In this document: in pieces, positions 34,489 to 43,294 of the stretch
How the letters are laid out: each line of letters starts with the position of its first letter
Position numbering within the stretch: the stretch's first letter is position 1
IMG/VR virus record: IMGVR_UViG_3300035139_000065
Location: 1-43,414 of that record
Source: a virus
Lineage: Duplodnaviria; Caudoviricetes
DNA: 43,414 nucleotides
Direction: 5' to 3' (one strand)
The notes under the pieces: generated by a model
Seen by the model: the letters and a program-made list of their open reading frames with translations, nothing else
Told to the model about the DNA's origin: nothing
Database searches by the model: none
Translations under genes and position numbers: made by a program

Positions 34489-34727
34489 CGTCGCACCTTC
34501 TTCCTTGCCTTCTTGACGGCAAGCCGGAACCTTCTCTCAGCCTTCACACACTGCTTGCACCTGAGAGGTTTGTTCGTGTCCGCATCCCTCTCCAACTCGA
34601 CGCACTTCTTCTCACCGAACCGAAGGCATTGGCAAGGTGTCGTCGGGAACAACTCCTTACATCCGTGACCACAGAACCGGGAATCGCTCTCATCTACCTC
34701 GGCATACAACAGCGTCTTGACCTTCAT
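34485..34727 (-). CDS. Cys-rich hypothetical protein
   Basis: Seven Cys; ATGA coupling. Confidence 0.55.
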   Translation of the reverse strand: MKVKTLLYAEVDESDSRFCGHGCKELFPTTPCQCLRFGEKKCVELERDADTNKPLRCKQCVKAERRFRLAVKKARKKVRR

Positions 34728-34739
34728 GCCCGCCTTCCC

Positions 34740-34964
34740 TCACGCCCAAAGCAGGCCGGACTTCACCGCCTGCGTGATTCGGTAGATGGGACAAGGGTTG
34801 CCCAGCTTCACGTAATGCAACATCACCCTGCATTTGACCGTATCGTTCGCAACCATCCTGGCGGTCAACAACTCGGATACAGCAGCGCAACCCTCATGGC
34901 AGTTGCCCTGCTCATCGCACTTCCAGTTAGCAAGCAACTCGGTGACGTCTTGTCCAACCTTCAT
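34740..34964 (-). CDS. Cys-rich hypothetical protein
   Basis: C...CxxC...C...CP. Confidence 0.55.
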   Translation of the reverse strand: MKVGQDVTELLANWKCDEQGNCHEGCAAVSELLTARMVANDTVKCRVMLHYVKLGNPCPIYRITQAVKSGLLWA

Positions 34965-35152
34965 CCGCGCACCTTCACCTTGTACGTTCGCCTCTCCTCA
35001 GCTTCAATGCAGACCTTGCACTGCACGCGCGTTTCTTTCTCAGGCGGTTCCGGATATGGCCAAACAACTTCGTGACCGCACGAAAGCAACAACGTCCAAG
35101 TGAAACCGGATCTCATATCGAGAGATAGATCCTTCACGATGCGATCCTCCAT
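34961..35152 (-). CDS. Zn-ribbon protein
   Basis: LSCGH...CKVC; GAGG RBS. Confidence 0.6.
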   Translation of the reverse strand: MEDRIVKDLSLDMRSGFTWTLLLSCGHEVVWPYPEPPEKETRVQCKVCIEAEERRTYKVKVRG

Positions 35153-35250
35153 GCCCTCACCTCTCCCTCCAAACTAGAGAGCGCAGGCAAGATACGAGAA
35201 GAGCGCTGCGTTGGTTGATTCGAAGGGAACGGAAGGCTAGCGGAAGCTAC

Positions 35251-35778
35251 TCACCCCGCCAAGGAAAAGATACGAACAGGAGAAGCAACCATGTTCCGCA
35301 ACTCCTCCTCATGCTCGTGGGTGACTCCCCTGCCCCGCAATTCACCCAACATGTGGCAAGCCTTCCTCCACTCGGCATAGGCATTCCGCATCTCCCTGAC
35401 AACCTGCCCGACGGCGATACCGTAGAACGAAGAGAACTCGTCCGAGCCGCACTTCACCATCAAGCCAGAAAGCTGCTCGTTCTGCTTCCGCAGGTAATCG
35501 AGACGCAGACGCATCAACTCGATGGCCCGCATCGCCAACGTAAGGTCGGCCGCGTAGTCCAGAGAGTACCTTCCTCCGTCTTTCTTCGCCCACCGAACCG
35601 CATACTCCATGGCTTCCGAGAGCGTGGTGGCAAGGCTGTTGGCGGGATCAACCTTCCCCATCCTCTCCCGCTCTTCGAGAGCCTTGGTGTAGTTGTCCCT
35701 GAGAGTGTTGTAGTCCACCTCCAACTTCTCGAACTTGTCCTTCCACGATACCCTCTTCGGCTTCTTGCTCTTGGTCAT
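35251..35778 (-). CDS. Coiled-coil hypothetical protein
   Basis: 175 aa; GAGGAGG RBS. Confidence 0.65.
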   Translation of the reverse strand: MTKSKKPKRVSWKDKFEKLEVDYNTLRDNYTKALEERERMGKVDPANSLATTLSEAMEYAVRWAKKDGGRYSLDYAADLTLAMRAIELMRLRLDYLRKQNEQLSGLMVKCGSDEFSSFYGIAVGQVVREMRNAYAEWRKACHMLGELRGRGVTHEHEEELRNMVASPVRIFSLAG

Positions 35779-35797
35779 GTCACCCTCCTCTTACAAT

Positions 35798-36136
35798 CTA
35801 GCAATCCGAAACAAGTTCACACTTGAAACAGTGCTTGGACAACATCTTCACGATCGGCTCGACCGTAACCGCGTACTCCACCGTATCCCACGCAACCTCT
35901 ATCGTCTGTCCGCATCCCTTACACCTGAACCGAACGATATGGCGATCGGTTGCTTTTTCGCAGACGAACAAATCAAGCAACCACTCCGGAAATCCACGAC
36001 TCGTCAGAAAGAGATAATGCGTTTCCACGCAAGCAGGTCTCTCGCTCCATCCATCGCACACCTCGCCGCCGGGCCATCCTGCATTCTCGCATCCCGTCCA
36101 ACACGTCTGGCAGGTTTTTGCTTTTGGTTCGGACAC
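35798..36136 (-). CDS. Cys-rich hypothetical protein
   Basis: CQTC, CKGC, HCFKC. Confidence 0.55.
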   Translation of the reverse strand: MSEPKAKTCQTCWTGCENAGWPGGEVCDGWSERPACVETHYLFLTSRGFPEWLLDLFVCEKATDRHIVRFRCKGCGQTIEVAWDTVEYAVTVEPIVKMLSKHCFKCELVSDC

Positions 36137-36137
36137 A

Positions 36138-36575
36138 TCAACTCCTCACCTCTCCAAGCAACCTCTTCCTCATCTCGACAGCCAGATCGTGAACGTAGTC
36201 GCTGTACGTAGCACGCTCATGGGACAGGTTGTGAACCTTGTTATCTTCGAGGAACAGGAACGCTGCTTCCACTCCCGCACGCAAACCCTGCTGATTCGAG
36301 TAGGCCAGCATCAACCGTTCCACACGATCGCAAGCCACACACCTTGCCCGCCCATCATCCTCCTTCAGGACATCCAACCTCCAACAACTCCCACAAGCCA
36401 GCTCAGCTTTAGACGACAGCCCCTCATCAAAACAACTCACCACCAAATGCGCCTTCGAAAACATCCCATCGAAAACGCACCACTGCCACTGCTCAACCCT
36501 GCTTCGCATAGTGTTAGGTTGATGGGGTTGTGCAGGATTGTTCGCGTTGCCGTCGTCGTTCTTCCAACTGGTCAT
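36138..36575 (-). CDS. Hypothetical protein with Zn-finger-like motif
   Basis: H...ACG...CVAC; GGAGG RBS. Confidence 0.55.
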   Translation of the reverse strand: MTSWKNDDGNANNPAQPHQPNTMRSRVEQWQWCVFDGMFSKAHLVVSCFDEGLSSKAELACGSCWRLDVLKEDDGRARCVACDRVERLMLAYSNQQGLRAGVEAAFLFLEDNKVHNLSHERATYSDYVHDLAVEMRKRLLGEVRS

Positions 36576-36641
36576 TGGTTCACCCTCCTCCCCCCAAACT
36601 AGAGGGTGGATATAGCCGATCCAAACAACGCCTACCTTGCC

Positions 36642-37028
36642 TCAGCAGAGAGAAAGTTCAGGCGACGGAGCCTCATCGGGCGCAACCCAAGTCCACGGCC
36701 AACGCACTCCAGAAGCTACCCACCTCCCCTCCTCCAACGACAACCTCCCCGAAACAACCGCCTTGGAAACGGCACACGTCCACACCGTACACGGATACGG
36801 CCGGACAGACCTCGGCAGAAAGCACCCATCCGAACGTAGGTGAGGACAAGGCTTTCCGAACGTAACGCCGAGAGAGCCCTTGCCATCATCCCTCGGCAAG
36901 CTGTATTCCCACCTTCCTTCGGCATCCTTCTGCCTCCTTGCTTCCAAGCAACACCGCCCGCACGAGATAGGGCACACCACTCCGACGACGGGTGGTGGGA
37001 TGAACGTTGGCTTGCCCATGTGACGCAC
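36642..37028 (-). CDS. YkgJ-like CxxCxxCC Zn/Fe-chelating protein
   Basis: CPISCGRCC...CPHL...C...RPYPC. Confidence 0.7.
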   Translation of the reverse strand: MRHMGKPTFIPPPVVGVVCPISCGRCCLEARRQKDAEGRWEYSLPRDDGKGSLGVTFGKPCPHLRSDGCFLPRSVRPYPCTVWTCAVSKAVVSGRLSLEEGRWVASGVRWPWTWVAPDEAPSPELSLC

Positions 37029-37082
37029 ACCTCTTTCCCTGTAGGCTAGGGGGTGAGACTGTCTAGGACGCAGGAGGAAACA

Positions 37083-37385
37083 CTAGCTTGGAGCAACGTT
37101 GTCCAAGTACCATATTGCAAGAGAGCCAGCAGCCAGTCTCCACCGGGTGACGGCAGACGTAAGGTGTGTTCGTGCTTCGTGGTATGCATTGCTCGCTGTT
37201 TTGTATTCGTCAGTTGGGGGCATGGGACCGTCAAGGCGTCCGAGCTTCTGTAGCGCATACTCTTCTGTGCGCTCTTTCACTGCTGCTTTCATGTAAGCTT
37301 CGTAAGCTTGTAGTTCTTTCTCCCGCGCCTCCTGAAGCGCAGCATATGCGGAACGTGCCTCTTCAACCGTCGCGTTATCTGCCAT
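37083..37385 (-). CDS. Hypothetical helical protein
   Basis: GAGG RBS, 100 aa. Confidence 0.55.
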   Translation of the reverse strand: MADNATVEEARSAYAALQEAREKELQAYEAYMKAAVKERTEEYALQKLGRLDGPMPPTDEYKTASNAYHEARTHLTSAVTRWRLAAGSLAIWYLDNVAPS

Positions 37386-37488
37386 GGCCTCACCTCTCCC
37401 GTTATCCTAGAGCAATGTAGCTATACGAGCAACGTGGATACTATCTTGTTTGTTTGGGTGTTGGAGTGTTGGGCGGGGGATGGTGGAA

Positions 37489-37746
37489 CTAGCTCATCCT
37501 CAAGAACGTGCGAATGTCGTTGACCACTCCTGACGATTGCTTGCTGAGGCAACCACACTCATCACCAAGCGCTCTCTTCAGCAGTTCGCTTGCTGTTTCC
37601 AGATTCGTCCTCAACTGCTCCACCGTGTTCACCACCATTCGAAACGGTACTTCACCGGGCCCGCCGTCCTTCGTTGTATGAGGCAACCGAAGACCACGGT
37701 TTGATACGTACAGGGATTCCATCGTATCCTTGTCTATCACCTTCAC
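37489..37746 (-). CDS. Hypothetical protein
   Basis: AAGGAG RBS, 85 aa. Confidence 0.55.
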   Translation of the reverse strand: MKVIDKDTMESLYVSNRGLRLPHTTKDGGPGEVPFRMVVNTVEQLRTNLETASELLKRALGDECGCLSKQSSGVVNDIRTFLRMS

Positions 37747-37749
37747 GCT

Positions 37750-38520
37750 TCACGCTCCTTTCGTCAGTAGCCTAGTTGCTGTTGCTGCATAGGCAACGAA
37801 GGGACTACCTTGCTTTATCTGCTGTTGGAATGTTGCGGGGGGGTAGGGGCCTAGACAATACTCCCCTCCCTTCTCTCCCCCCGTAAGCATCGGGTGTGGG
37901 GGGTGTTGGTTTGTGTTGGTGGTTACTTTCCTTTGTGTTGTTTGCAAGCAGGTGACTCCCTACCCCACTGTGTCTAGGAAGCAGGTTGCATGTGCTATTT
38001 GTCTTTGCTAAAGTAACTAGGAATCCCTGTCATCGACACAGAGGGAGCAAGGTTGTGTTGGAGGGGGAAATGGCTAGCGGGATACCCCCCTCCCCCCTCT
38101 CTACCTACTCTCCTACTGCCTCCCCTGTCACCTGCATACCCGCCTAGGTTGTTTCTTGGAAACGTTGGTTAGGTGTTGGAAGGGTCTCTCCGGGATGGCT
38201 CCTTCCTTCACTGCCTTGGCTGTCTCCCTGCCTTGCCCTCCTCTGTTTTTGACAAGGGGGATTCTTTTGGGTGGAGGTTGGTTGGATGGGGTGGGTTGTT
38301 TTTCGATGTTGTCTTGTTGGGAGCCAGGGTTGGGCTGGCAGGGGGTACGTATAGGAGTTTGCGTCCATGTAGGGGGTTGCGTTGCCAGGGGATAGGATAG
38401 GAGGGTCAAGGATGTTGTCTGTAGGAGCAACCTTCTAGGGAGACTGTCTTGGAGAGACTGTCTTGCTACATGTTGGAAGGTTGATCGGTACGTTGGTTCG
38501 GAGGGCAAGGGAGAGGTAGG
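37750..38520. other. Largely non-coding, G/T-skewed region with short repeats (origin-like)
   Basis: No convincing ORF. Plus strand is G/T-rich against C-rich flanks. GAGACTGTCTTG occurs at 38440 and 38454. Confidence 0.45.
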
Positions 38521-38526
38521 TTGGTG

Positions 38527-38745
38527 CTAGTTGTAGAACGTGATCTCCTGCTGCGTCTGGCGTATGCTCACGAACAACCCACCCAGCCCGGTTTCCCTAC
38601 GAGTGTACTCCTCCACGTCGCGCCCCTTGTACTCTCCCTCTTCGACGTCCCTGAAGTACGCCTTCAGCATCTTCTTCTCGGCGCTCTTGGCGCAGACGAT
38701 CACTTCGTCCTTGCTCGAATAGACTACCAGCTTCACCCTTGCCAT
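38527..38745 (-). CDS. Hypothetical protein
   Basis: AAGGAGG RBS before MARVKLVVY. Confidence 0.65.
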   Translation of the reverse strand: MARVKLVVYSSKDEVIVCAKSAEKKMLKAYFRDVEEGEYKGRDVEEYTRRETGLGGLFVSIRQTQQEITFYN

Positions 38746-38794
38746 CCCCTCACCTCCTTGCCTAAGCAACCCACGGTTGCACCCTAACCAACCT

Positions 38795-38810
38795 AGCAAG
38801 ACCTATACCA
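38795..38810 (-). promoter_or_regulatory. Sigma54-type -24/-12 promoter (variant)
   Basis: Minus strand TGGTATA-GGTC-TTGCT, intergenic, correct GG-N10-GC spacing. Confidence 0.6.
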
Positions 38811-38820
38811 CCCAGCCTTG

Positions 38821-39207
38821 CTAGGCTTCCGGATCGACGAACACCACCACCCAATGTTTGGGCCACATGGTTTGGATTCGCTCTGCCGTGACCCGGAATG
38901 CTTGCCCCCTCTTCACTCCCGTTCGAGGGTCCCTCCAGCTTGCCACGTAGTGCGTAGGCTCTCCTCCCGGTCCATGCACGACAGCAGCAACCCTCACCAC
39001 CGTCTTGACCCTCTTGAGGTTGACCCACCTCCGCAGCATCCGAAGGCATGCCTTGTAGGTTCCGGCAAGGGCCTTGTCTCTCAGCTTCTTGATCCGTGCT
39101 TCCTTGACTCCTTGCTTTCGGAGGGCACGCTTGACGGAGCAGACCACACCATAGGCATTCTGCTCGCGGTAGAACTTGACGGTGAGGTTTGGAAAGCGAG
39201 GGGGCAA
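38821..39207 (-). CDS. Basic hypothetical protein
   Basis: NAYGVV..VKRALRKQG...A.AG.Y...L.....WV resembles a widespread small phage domain. Confidence 0.6.
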   Translation of the reverse strand: MPPRFPNLTVKFYREQNAYGVVCSVKRALRKQGVKEARIKKLRDKALAGTYKACLRMLRRWVNLKRVKTVVRVAAVVHGPGGEPTHYVASWRDPRTGVKRGQAFRVTAERIQTMWPKHWVVVFVDPEA

Positions 39208-39216
39208 GGTGGTTGC

Positions 39217-39693
39217 TTACTTGGTTTCTTTTCGGAAGGTCATCTTGCTCGGTCCGGGGTTGTCCCAGAAGAAAAGTCGTGGTCGGATGCTTCCGGACCC
39301 GTCTTCATGGTATGGCGCACCGCTGCTGACCGCATGCAAGCTGCTGTCTCGCGTGAACCGCGAGTCGCACAGCACCGGGTGTTTCTTGGGCAACCGCACT
39401 TGCACGAACACCTTCTGCCAGTCACAGGTCAGACGGAGCACGATGCGGCCCTTCGCGTCACGCATGAACTTGGCGTGCTTGCCGATGTTGGCGTTCAGCT
39501 TCTTGATCTCGTCATCCACTACGATGCTGACGGCTGTCTCGACTCGCAGCGTAGCAGACAACGGCAACTGCTCTCCGGATGGTTTGCTCTCAGGGGCTTC
39601 CTCGGGCTTGCCCTTGCCTCTTCCCTTCGTTGCTCGCTTGGGTTGGGTCTTGCCATTGGGTTGCGTTGCTTTCTTGGTTGTCTTCCTCGGCAT
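39217..39693 (-). CDS. Hypothetical protein
   Basis: AAGGAG RBS, 158 aa. Confidence 0.6.
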   Translation of the reverse strand: MPRKTTKKATQPNGKTQPKRATKGRGKGKPEEAPESKPSGEQLPLSATLRVETAVSIVVDDEIKKLNANIGKHAKFMRDAKGRIVLRLTCDWQKVFVQVRLPKKHPVLCDSRFTRDSSLHAVSSGAPYHEDGSGSIRPRLFFWDNPGPSKMTFRKETK

Positions 39694-39757
39694 GCTCGTC
39701 TCTCCTTCGCCTTGCTGCCGATCCTGTCAACACACAAGACTAGAGACACATGCTGCT

Positions 39758-40003
39758 TCAGTTGAAGTGCTTGGGGATGGTTTGGGTAAGCGTGGTGTCG
39801 AGATCCTTGATTGCGGTGATCATGGCTGTGATGTTGCCGGTTGCGCGGATGAACACACCTGCCCCGTCGAAGTAGAGCGTCGCTCCATCAATCGAGCAGA
39901 CGAAGTTAGTTGATGCTGGCTTGCTTGAGCTTGGATCCGTGATCAGCGTCCAATCCCAGTGGAGGAGCTTGGCGGCAAGCTTGATTTGCTCGAAGCGGGT
40001 CAT
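39758..40003 (-). CDS. Hypothetical protein
   Basis: ATGA coupling. Confidence 0.5.
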   Translation of the reverse strand: MTRFEQIKLAAKLLHWDWTLITDPSSSKPASTNFVCSIDGATLYFDGAGVFIRATGNITAMITAIKDLDTTLTQTIPKHFN

Positions 40004-40245
40004 TCGGCGCGAGCCTTCTTGGCGGAACGGTCGTCCGAGTCCCACTCACCATCCATCGGCGCTTCAGTAAACCTGTTAACAAGGCGCGAAACATCACCCT
40101 TCAAGAACCTGTCAAGCTTCCCCGTCAGGAAAGCAAACTTCCCCAATACAAGCAAGGCGCTACCGAACAGCGCAACCGACTCTGCGATGATCTCCCTCTC
40201 CTTCTCCGTGATGCATTCGTTCGTCCAACGCTCTTTCTTGCTCAT
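40000..40245 (-). CDS. Hypothetical protein
   Basis: GGAGAGG RBS before MSKKERW. Confidence 0.55.
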   Translation of the reverse strand: MSKKERWTNECITEKEREIIAESVALFGSALLVLGKFAFLTGKLDRFLKGDVSRLVNRFTEAPMDGEWDSDDRSAKKARAE

Positions 40246-40274
40246 TTCGCCCTCTCCTTTGCCCGATCGGGCTG

Positions 40275-40493
40275 CTAGGTTCCCTCTTCCCCATCCCCCG
40301 GCCACGGACCCGGAGCGAACCCGTTTCCATGCAGTAGGTAGTCTCCGACGTCCTCTCCCTCCGGCGGAAGGCACTTGACTACCTTGTGCGGCTCGAACCC
40401 GGATCCTCCGCAGTGGTTGCAAGGAACCTTGCAAGTCTCATCTTCGTAGCAGTGCCCGTTGCAGAACGAACAAGGTTCCCCCGACCAGTCCAT
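40275..40493 (-). CDS. Small DnaJ-type Zn-finger protein
   Basis: CSFCNG...CNHCGGSG. Confidence 0.55.
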   Translation of the reverse strand: MDWSGEPCSFCNGHCYEDETCKVPCNHCGGSGFEPHKVVKCLPPEGEDVGDYLLHGNGFAPGPWPGDGEEGT

Positions 40494-40502
40494 CGCCCAA
40501 CC

Positions 40503-40898
40503 TCACACCGGCCAGTGATACGGCAAGTCGGCTTGCTCCGTCCAGCCGAACTGCCCGTACCACTGCGGATCCTTCCTAAGCAGGTTGCTCCGATGCGACG
40601 AATGCAGCATGTTCCTGCCAAGCCACGGAGGCATCACGCACGAGTCCACCTGCGGCCTCTCTAGGTTGTTGACGTAGCCTCTCCTCACCCACTCGTCGAT
40701 CATCGCGGCAAGGTAGGCGCGGAGGGCGTTTTCGTATCCCCGCCACATGCGGACGGCAGGATGGTATCGCCATCCGTTGGATTGTCCGGCAAGCACTCTG
40801 AGGATCTGGTAAGCCTCTGCTCTCTGCTTGCCGAGACGCTGCCGATCGAGCACCTTGGCGCATGCTTCGAAGTCGGCGTATGGCAGGAACGTTTGCAT
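40503..40898 (-). CDS. Pyrimidine-dimer DNA glycosylase / DenV-like (MSMEG_6728-type) protein
   Basis: MQTFLPY..F...LDRQRLGKQRAEAYQIL...WRYHPAVRMWRGY...EWVRRGY...PPWLG...HSSHRSNLLRKDP. Confidence 0.85.
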   Translation of the reverse strand: MQTFLPYADFEACAKVLDRQRLGKQRAEAYQILRVLAGQSNGWRYHPAVRMWRGYENALRAYLAAMIDEWVRRGYVNNLERPQVDSCVMPPWLGRNMLHSSHRSNLLRKDPQWYGQFGWTEQADLPYHWPV

Positions 40899-41131
40899 CA
40901 GAGCTTGCTTGCACTCGGACGGAAAGCGAGGGGGTTGCCCGTGCGGAGGATGACCAACGCCTCGTATTGCGTGATGGCGTGCTCCGGATCGACTCCGACG
41001 TTCCGCTCGTCGGCAAGCTCCTTGGCGTGGCGCTTCACCCTCTGCGAGCGCGACTCGTTGTTGCGCCGGTCACTGGTGCGACGGATCGGCTTGCCGTCTT
41101 CCGTGATCCACTTCCGTGTCTTACTGGCCAT
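40898..41131 (-). CDS. Hypothetical protein
   Basis: TGATG coupling; AGGAGG RBS. Confidence 0.6.
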   Translation of the reverse strand: MASKTRKWITEDGKPIRRTSDRRNNESRSQRVKRHAKELADERNVGVDPEHAITQYEALVILRTGNPLAFRPSASKL

Positions 41132-41327
41132 TGCTTTCCTCCTGTGGCAACGTCAGTGCTCGCCCCCTGGCGATCTCCGGGTGCTTCTCGAACCACTCCT
41201 GCACCCTCTGGAAGAACTCGTCCACCGTCTCGCGTGCCACGCAGAACACGGGCCACGTCCCCATCTCCTTGCGCTGTTCTTCGGTTGCTTGCTGTTCTCC
41301 CGGCAACCAATCCCCGATCTCTCGCAT
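41121..41327 (-). CDS. Hypothetical protein
   Basis: GGAGG RBS, 68 aa. Confidence 0.55.
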   Translation of the reverse strand: MREIGDWLPGEQQATEEQRKEMGTWPVFCVARETVDEFFQRVQEWFEKHPEIARGRALTLPQEESNGQ

Positions 41328-41359
41328 CGTCCCCGCCTCCCTCTGCCTCTCCTAAACCT

Positions 41360-41722
41360 CTAATCTACGTACACCGGAACAGCGATCCACAATTGCCCGG
41401 CAACGATGCGCCCTCCACGCTTGATATAGCGAACAAGTGTAACCTCGTACACGTTCGCCTCGGGTTGCCCGCGATCATCGAGTCTCGTCCCGTCGCTGCG
41501 GGCGCTGAGTACATCAAGACGTGTACGGCGCGCGATGGAGTTGCACACTGCTTGCGCTGGACTGTCGTGCTTCCGCGGATCATACACAGCGAAAGCACCG
41601 TCGAGCAATGGCCGGATCCGCTCGGGATGGATTCCCCATGCCTCGATTACGATCTGCCTCTTCCTGCTGCGCGGCCTTTCCAGACCTGCCCAATATCCAT
41701 TGCCCATCGCCCCTGCCTCCAT
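41360..41722 (-). CDS. Hypothetical early protein
   Basis: Follows a sigma54 promoter; start may be a few codons downstream. Confidence 0.6.
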   Translation of the reverse strand: MEAGAMGNGYWAGLERPRSRKRQIVIEAWGIHPERIRPLLDGAFAVYDPRKHDSPAQAVCNSIARRTRLDVLSARSDGTRLDDRGQPEANVYEVTLVRYIKRGGRIVAGQLWIAVPVYVD

Positions 41723-41740
41723 CTCCTACCCTAAACTAGA

Positions 41741-41757
41741 AGCAACCCCCGTGCCAA
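41741..41757 (-). promoter_or_regulatory. Sigma54 -24/-12 promoter
   Basis: Minus strand TTGGCACG-GGGG-TTGCT, a full consensus match. Confidence 0.85.
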
Positions 41758-41759
41758 GC

Positions 41760-42074
41760 CTAGTCCAACGGCGGCGGGGTAATCTGCCCGTCCCAGAGGC
41801 CCCGGGCACGCTGCTCCATTTCGTCGTACTCCTCCGGGCTGACCATGATGCCCTGGTGGTGGACCATCGTATCCAACAGCCCCATCAAGCGAGCAAGCTC
41901 GTGGCGGTCCGCTACGGTCATGCACCCGCGAACCTGATCCTTCTTGGGGGCGTTGATGTAGATGTAGCCCCAGACCGTCCCGCGGCCGACCGTCACCGAC
42001 CAAGCCCGGCCGGAGCGGAACCGGAGAGCGTGGCGGATGTCCTTCACTACTTCATTTCTGGTCTTGGTCGTCAT
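41760..42074 (-). CDS. Hypothetical early protein
   Basis: AGGAGGT RBS; starts MTTKT. Confidence 0.75.
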   Translation of the reverse strand: MTTKTRNEVVKDIRHALRFRSGRAWSVTVGRGTVWGYIYINAPKKDQVRGCMTVADRHELARLMGLLDTMVHHQGIMVSPEEYDEMEQRARGLWDGQITPPPLD

Positions 42075-42101
42075 CGTTGATACCTCCTGCCTAGTATCCT
42101 A

Positions 42102-42118
42102 AGCAAGCTCCGTGCCAA
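42102..42118 (-). promoter_or_regulatory. Sigma54 -24/-12 promoter
   Basis: Minus strand TTGGCACG-GAGC-TTGCT. Confidence 0.85.
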
Positions 42119-42120
42119 CC

Positions 42121-42711
42121 TTACTTGCTTGCCTTTTCCAGCCGGGCGATCCGGTCGCGCAACCGGTCGAGACCAAGGGCTTCCCGAACGCCGCGCTCCC
42201 TGATCTGCCGCTGCCGCCAAGCATGGGTCAAGGTCTCGCGCCGCTCATCAAGGTTTGACCAGCGATGCAAGTAGACTTCAACGTCGTCGATCGCAAGCGC
42301 CTCTTCCGTCGGGTCGCTGCGCCTCGGGCGCCGCACCATCTCCGGCACCGGCAGGGCGTAAACCTCTTCGCGGGCCGTATCGAACGCCGCCTGCTTGGCT
42401 TCCAGCGTCACGAGTTCGGCGCGGAGCTTGCGGAGCGTGGTGGCCCGGCGAGCGGCCGAACGGATGCGCGAAGCAACGACAGCCTCATCCGCCAGCATGC
42501 AGCCGGTTCCCACGATCGCGTGCGTCCCGTCGCTCAGCTTGACGTGGGCGTGGACGACGTGGATACGGCCGCAGCGGTCGCATTCCCTTTCCTCGCCGCT
42601 CCCAGCAACGGGCACCCAACGATCGTCAACCTCTTCGAACTCCCGCGTATCCGTGACCTCGATGATTTCGACGATCTTCCGGGGTGCCGCGTTGTTGGTC
42701 TTGGTTTCCAT
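42121..42711 (-). CDS. Hypothetical early protein with Zn-binding motif and coiled coil
   Basis: CDRCGR...VGTGC; AGGAGGT RBS; starts METKT. Confidence 0.75.
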   Translation of the reverse strand: METKTNNAAPRKIVEIIEVTDTREFEEVDDRWVPVAGSGEERECDRCGRIHVVHAHVKLSDGTHAIVGTGCMLADEAVVASRIRSAARRATTLRKLRAELVTLEAKQAAFDTAREEVYALPVPEMVRRPRRSDPTEEALAIDDVEVYLHRWSNLDERRETLTHAWRQRQIRERGVREALGLDRLRDRIARLEKASK

Positions 42712-42738
42712 CGTTGCTACCTCCTGCACTAGAGTCTA

Positions 42739-42755
42739 AGCAACGTCCGTGCCAA
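42739..42755 (-). promoter_or_regulatory. Sigma54 -24/-12 promoter
   Basis: Minus strand TTGGCACG-GACG-TTGCT. Confidence 0.85.
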
Positions 42756-42756
42756 C

Positions 42757-43017
42757 CTACTTCACCGCAACCAACCGATCCAGCTTCATCCGCCGCCCGT
42801 GCGTCGCGCCATCCTTCAACCGGAAGATGACCTTGACGAACTTGGGGGAAACACGCTCGATTCCAACAACTTCGTTGCTTTCCCCGTAGTTCCACACGCA
42901 CCAATCGCCAACCTTGAGTTCCGAGACGGGCTTTGCGGGGTAGTAGCCAACGCACTGGAGCCAGATGTAGTTCTCGGTCGGGCTGACTCGGATCGTCTGG
43001 TCGGTCTTGGTCATCAT
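42757..43017 (-). CDS. Small SH3-like early protein
   Basis: AKPVSELKVGDWCVWNYG...VVGIE; AGGAGG RBS; starts MMTKT. Confidence 0.7.
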   Translation of the reverse strand: MMTKTDQTIRVSPTENYIWLQCVGYYPAKPVSELKVGDWCVWNYGESNEVVGIERVSPKFVKVIFRLKDGATHGRRMKLDRLVAVK

Positions 43018-43043
43018 CGTCGTTGCCTCCTGCCCATAGCTAA

Positions 43044-43060
43044 TGCGATCCCCGTGCCAA
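43044..43060 (-). promoter_or_regulatory. Sigma54 -24/-12 promoter
   Basis: Minus strand TTGGCACG-GGGA-TCGCA. Confidence 0.8.
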
Positions 43061-43294
43061 CCGCAAGCAACCACGATATTGCTTGTTTTTTCTCTGCTTA
43101 GGTTGTTGGCGCTGTTGCCTCTGGTCCACAGCCTGCCAACCTATTTCCAAAGCAAAGCAAGAAAATCAAGATATTGCTTGATGTTGCTTGGATGTAGTAA
43201 AAAAGCAACATAGGTGTCAACGTTGGTTCACGGTGTTAGGATGGGGCAAGATATGACATTCTTGTCGTGTCTTGTTTTTTCACACCAACCCTGC

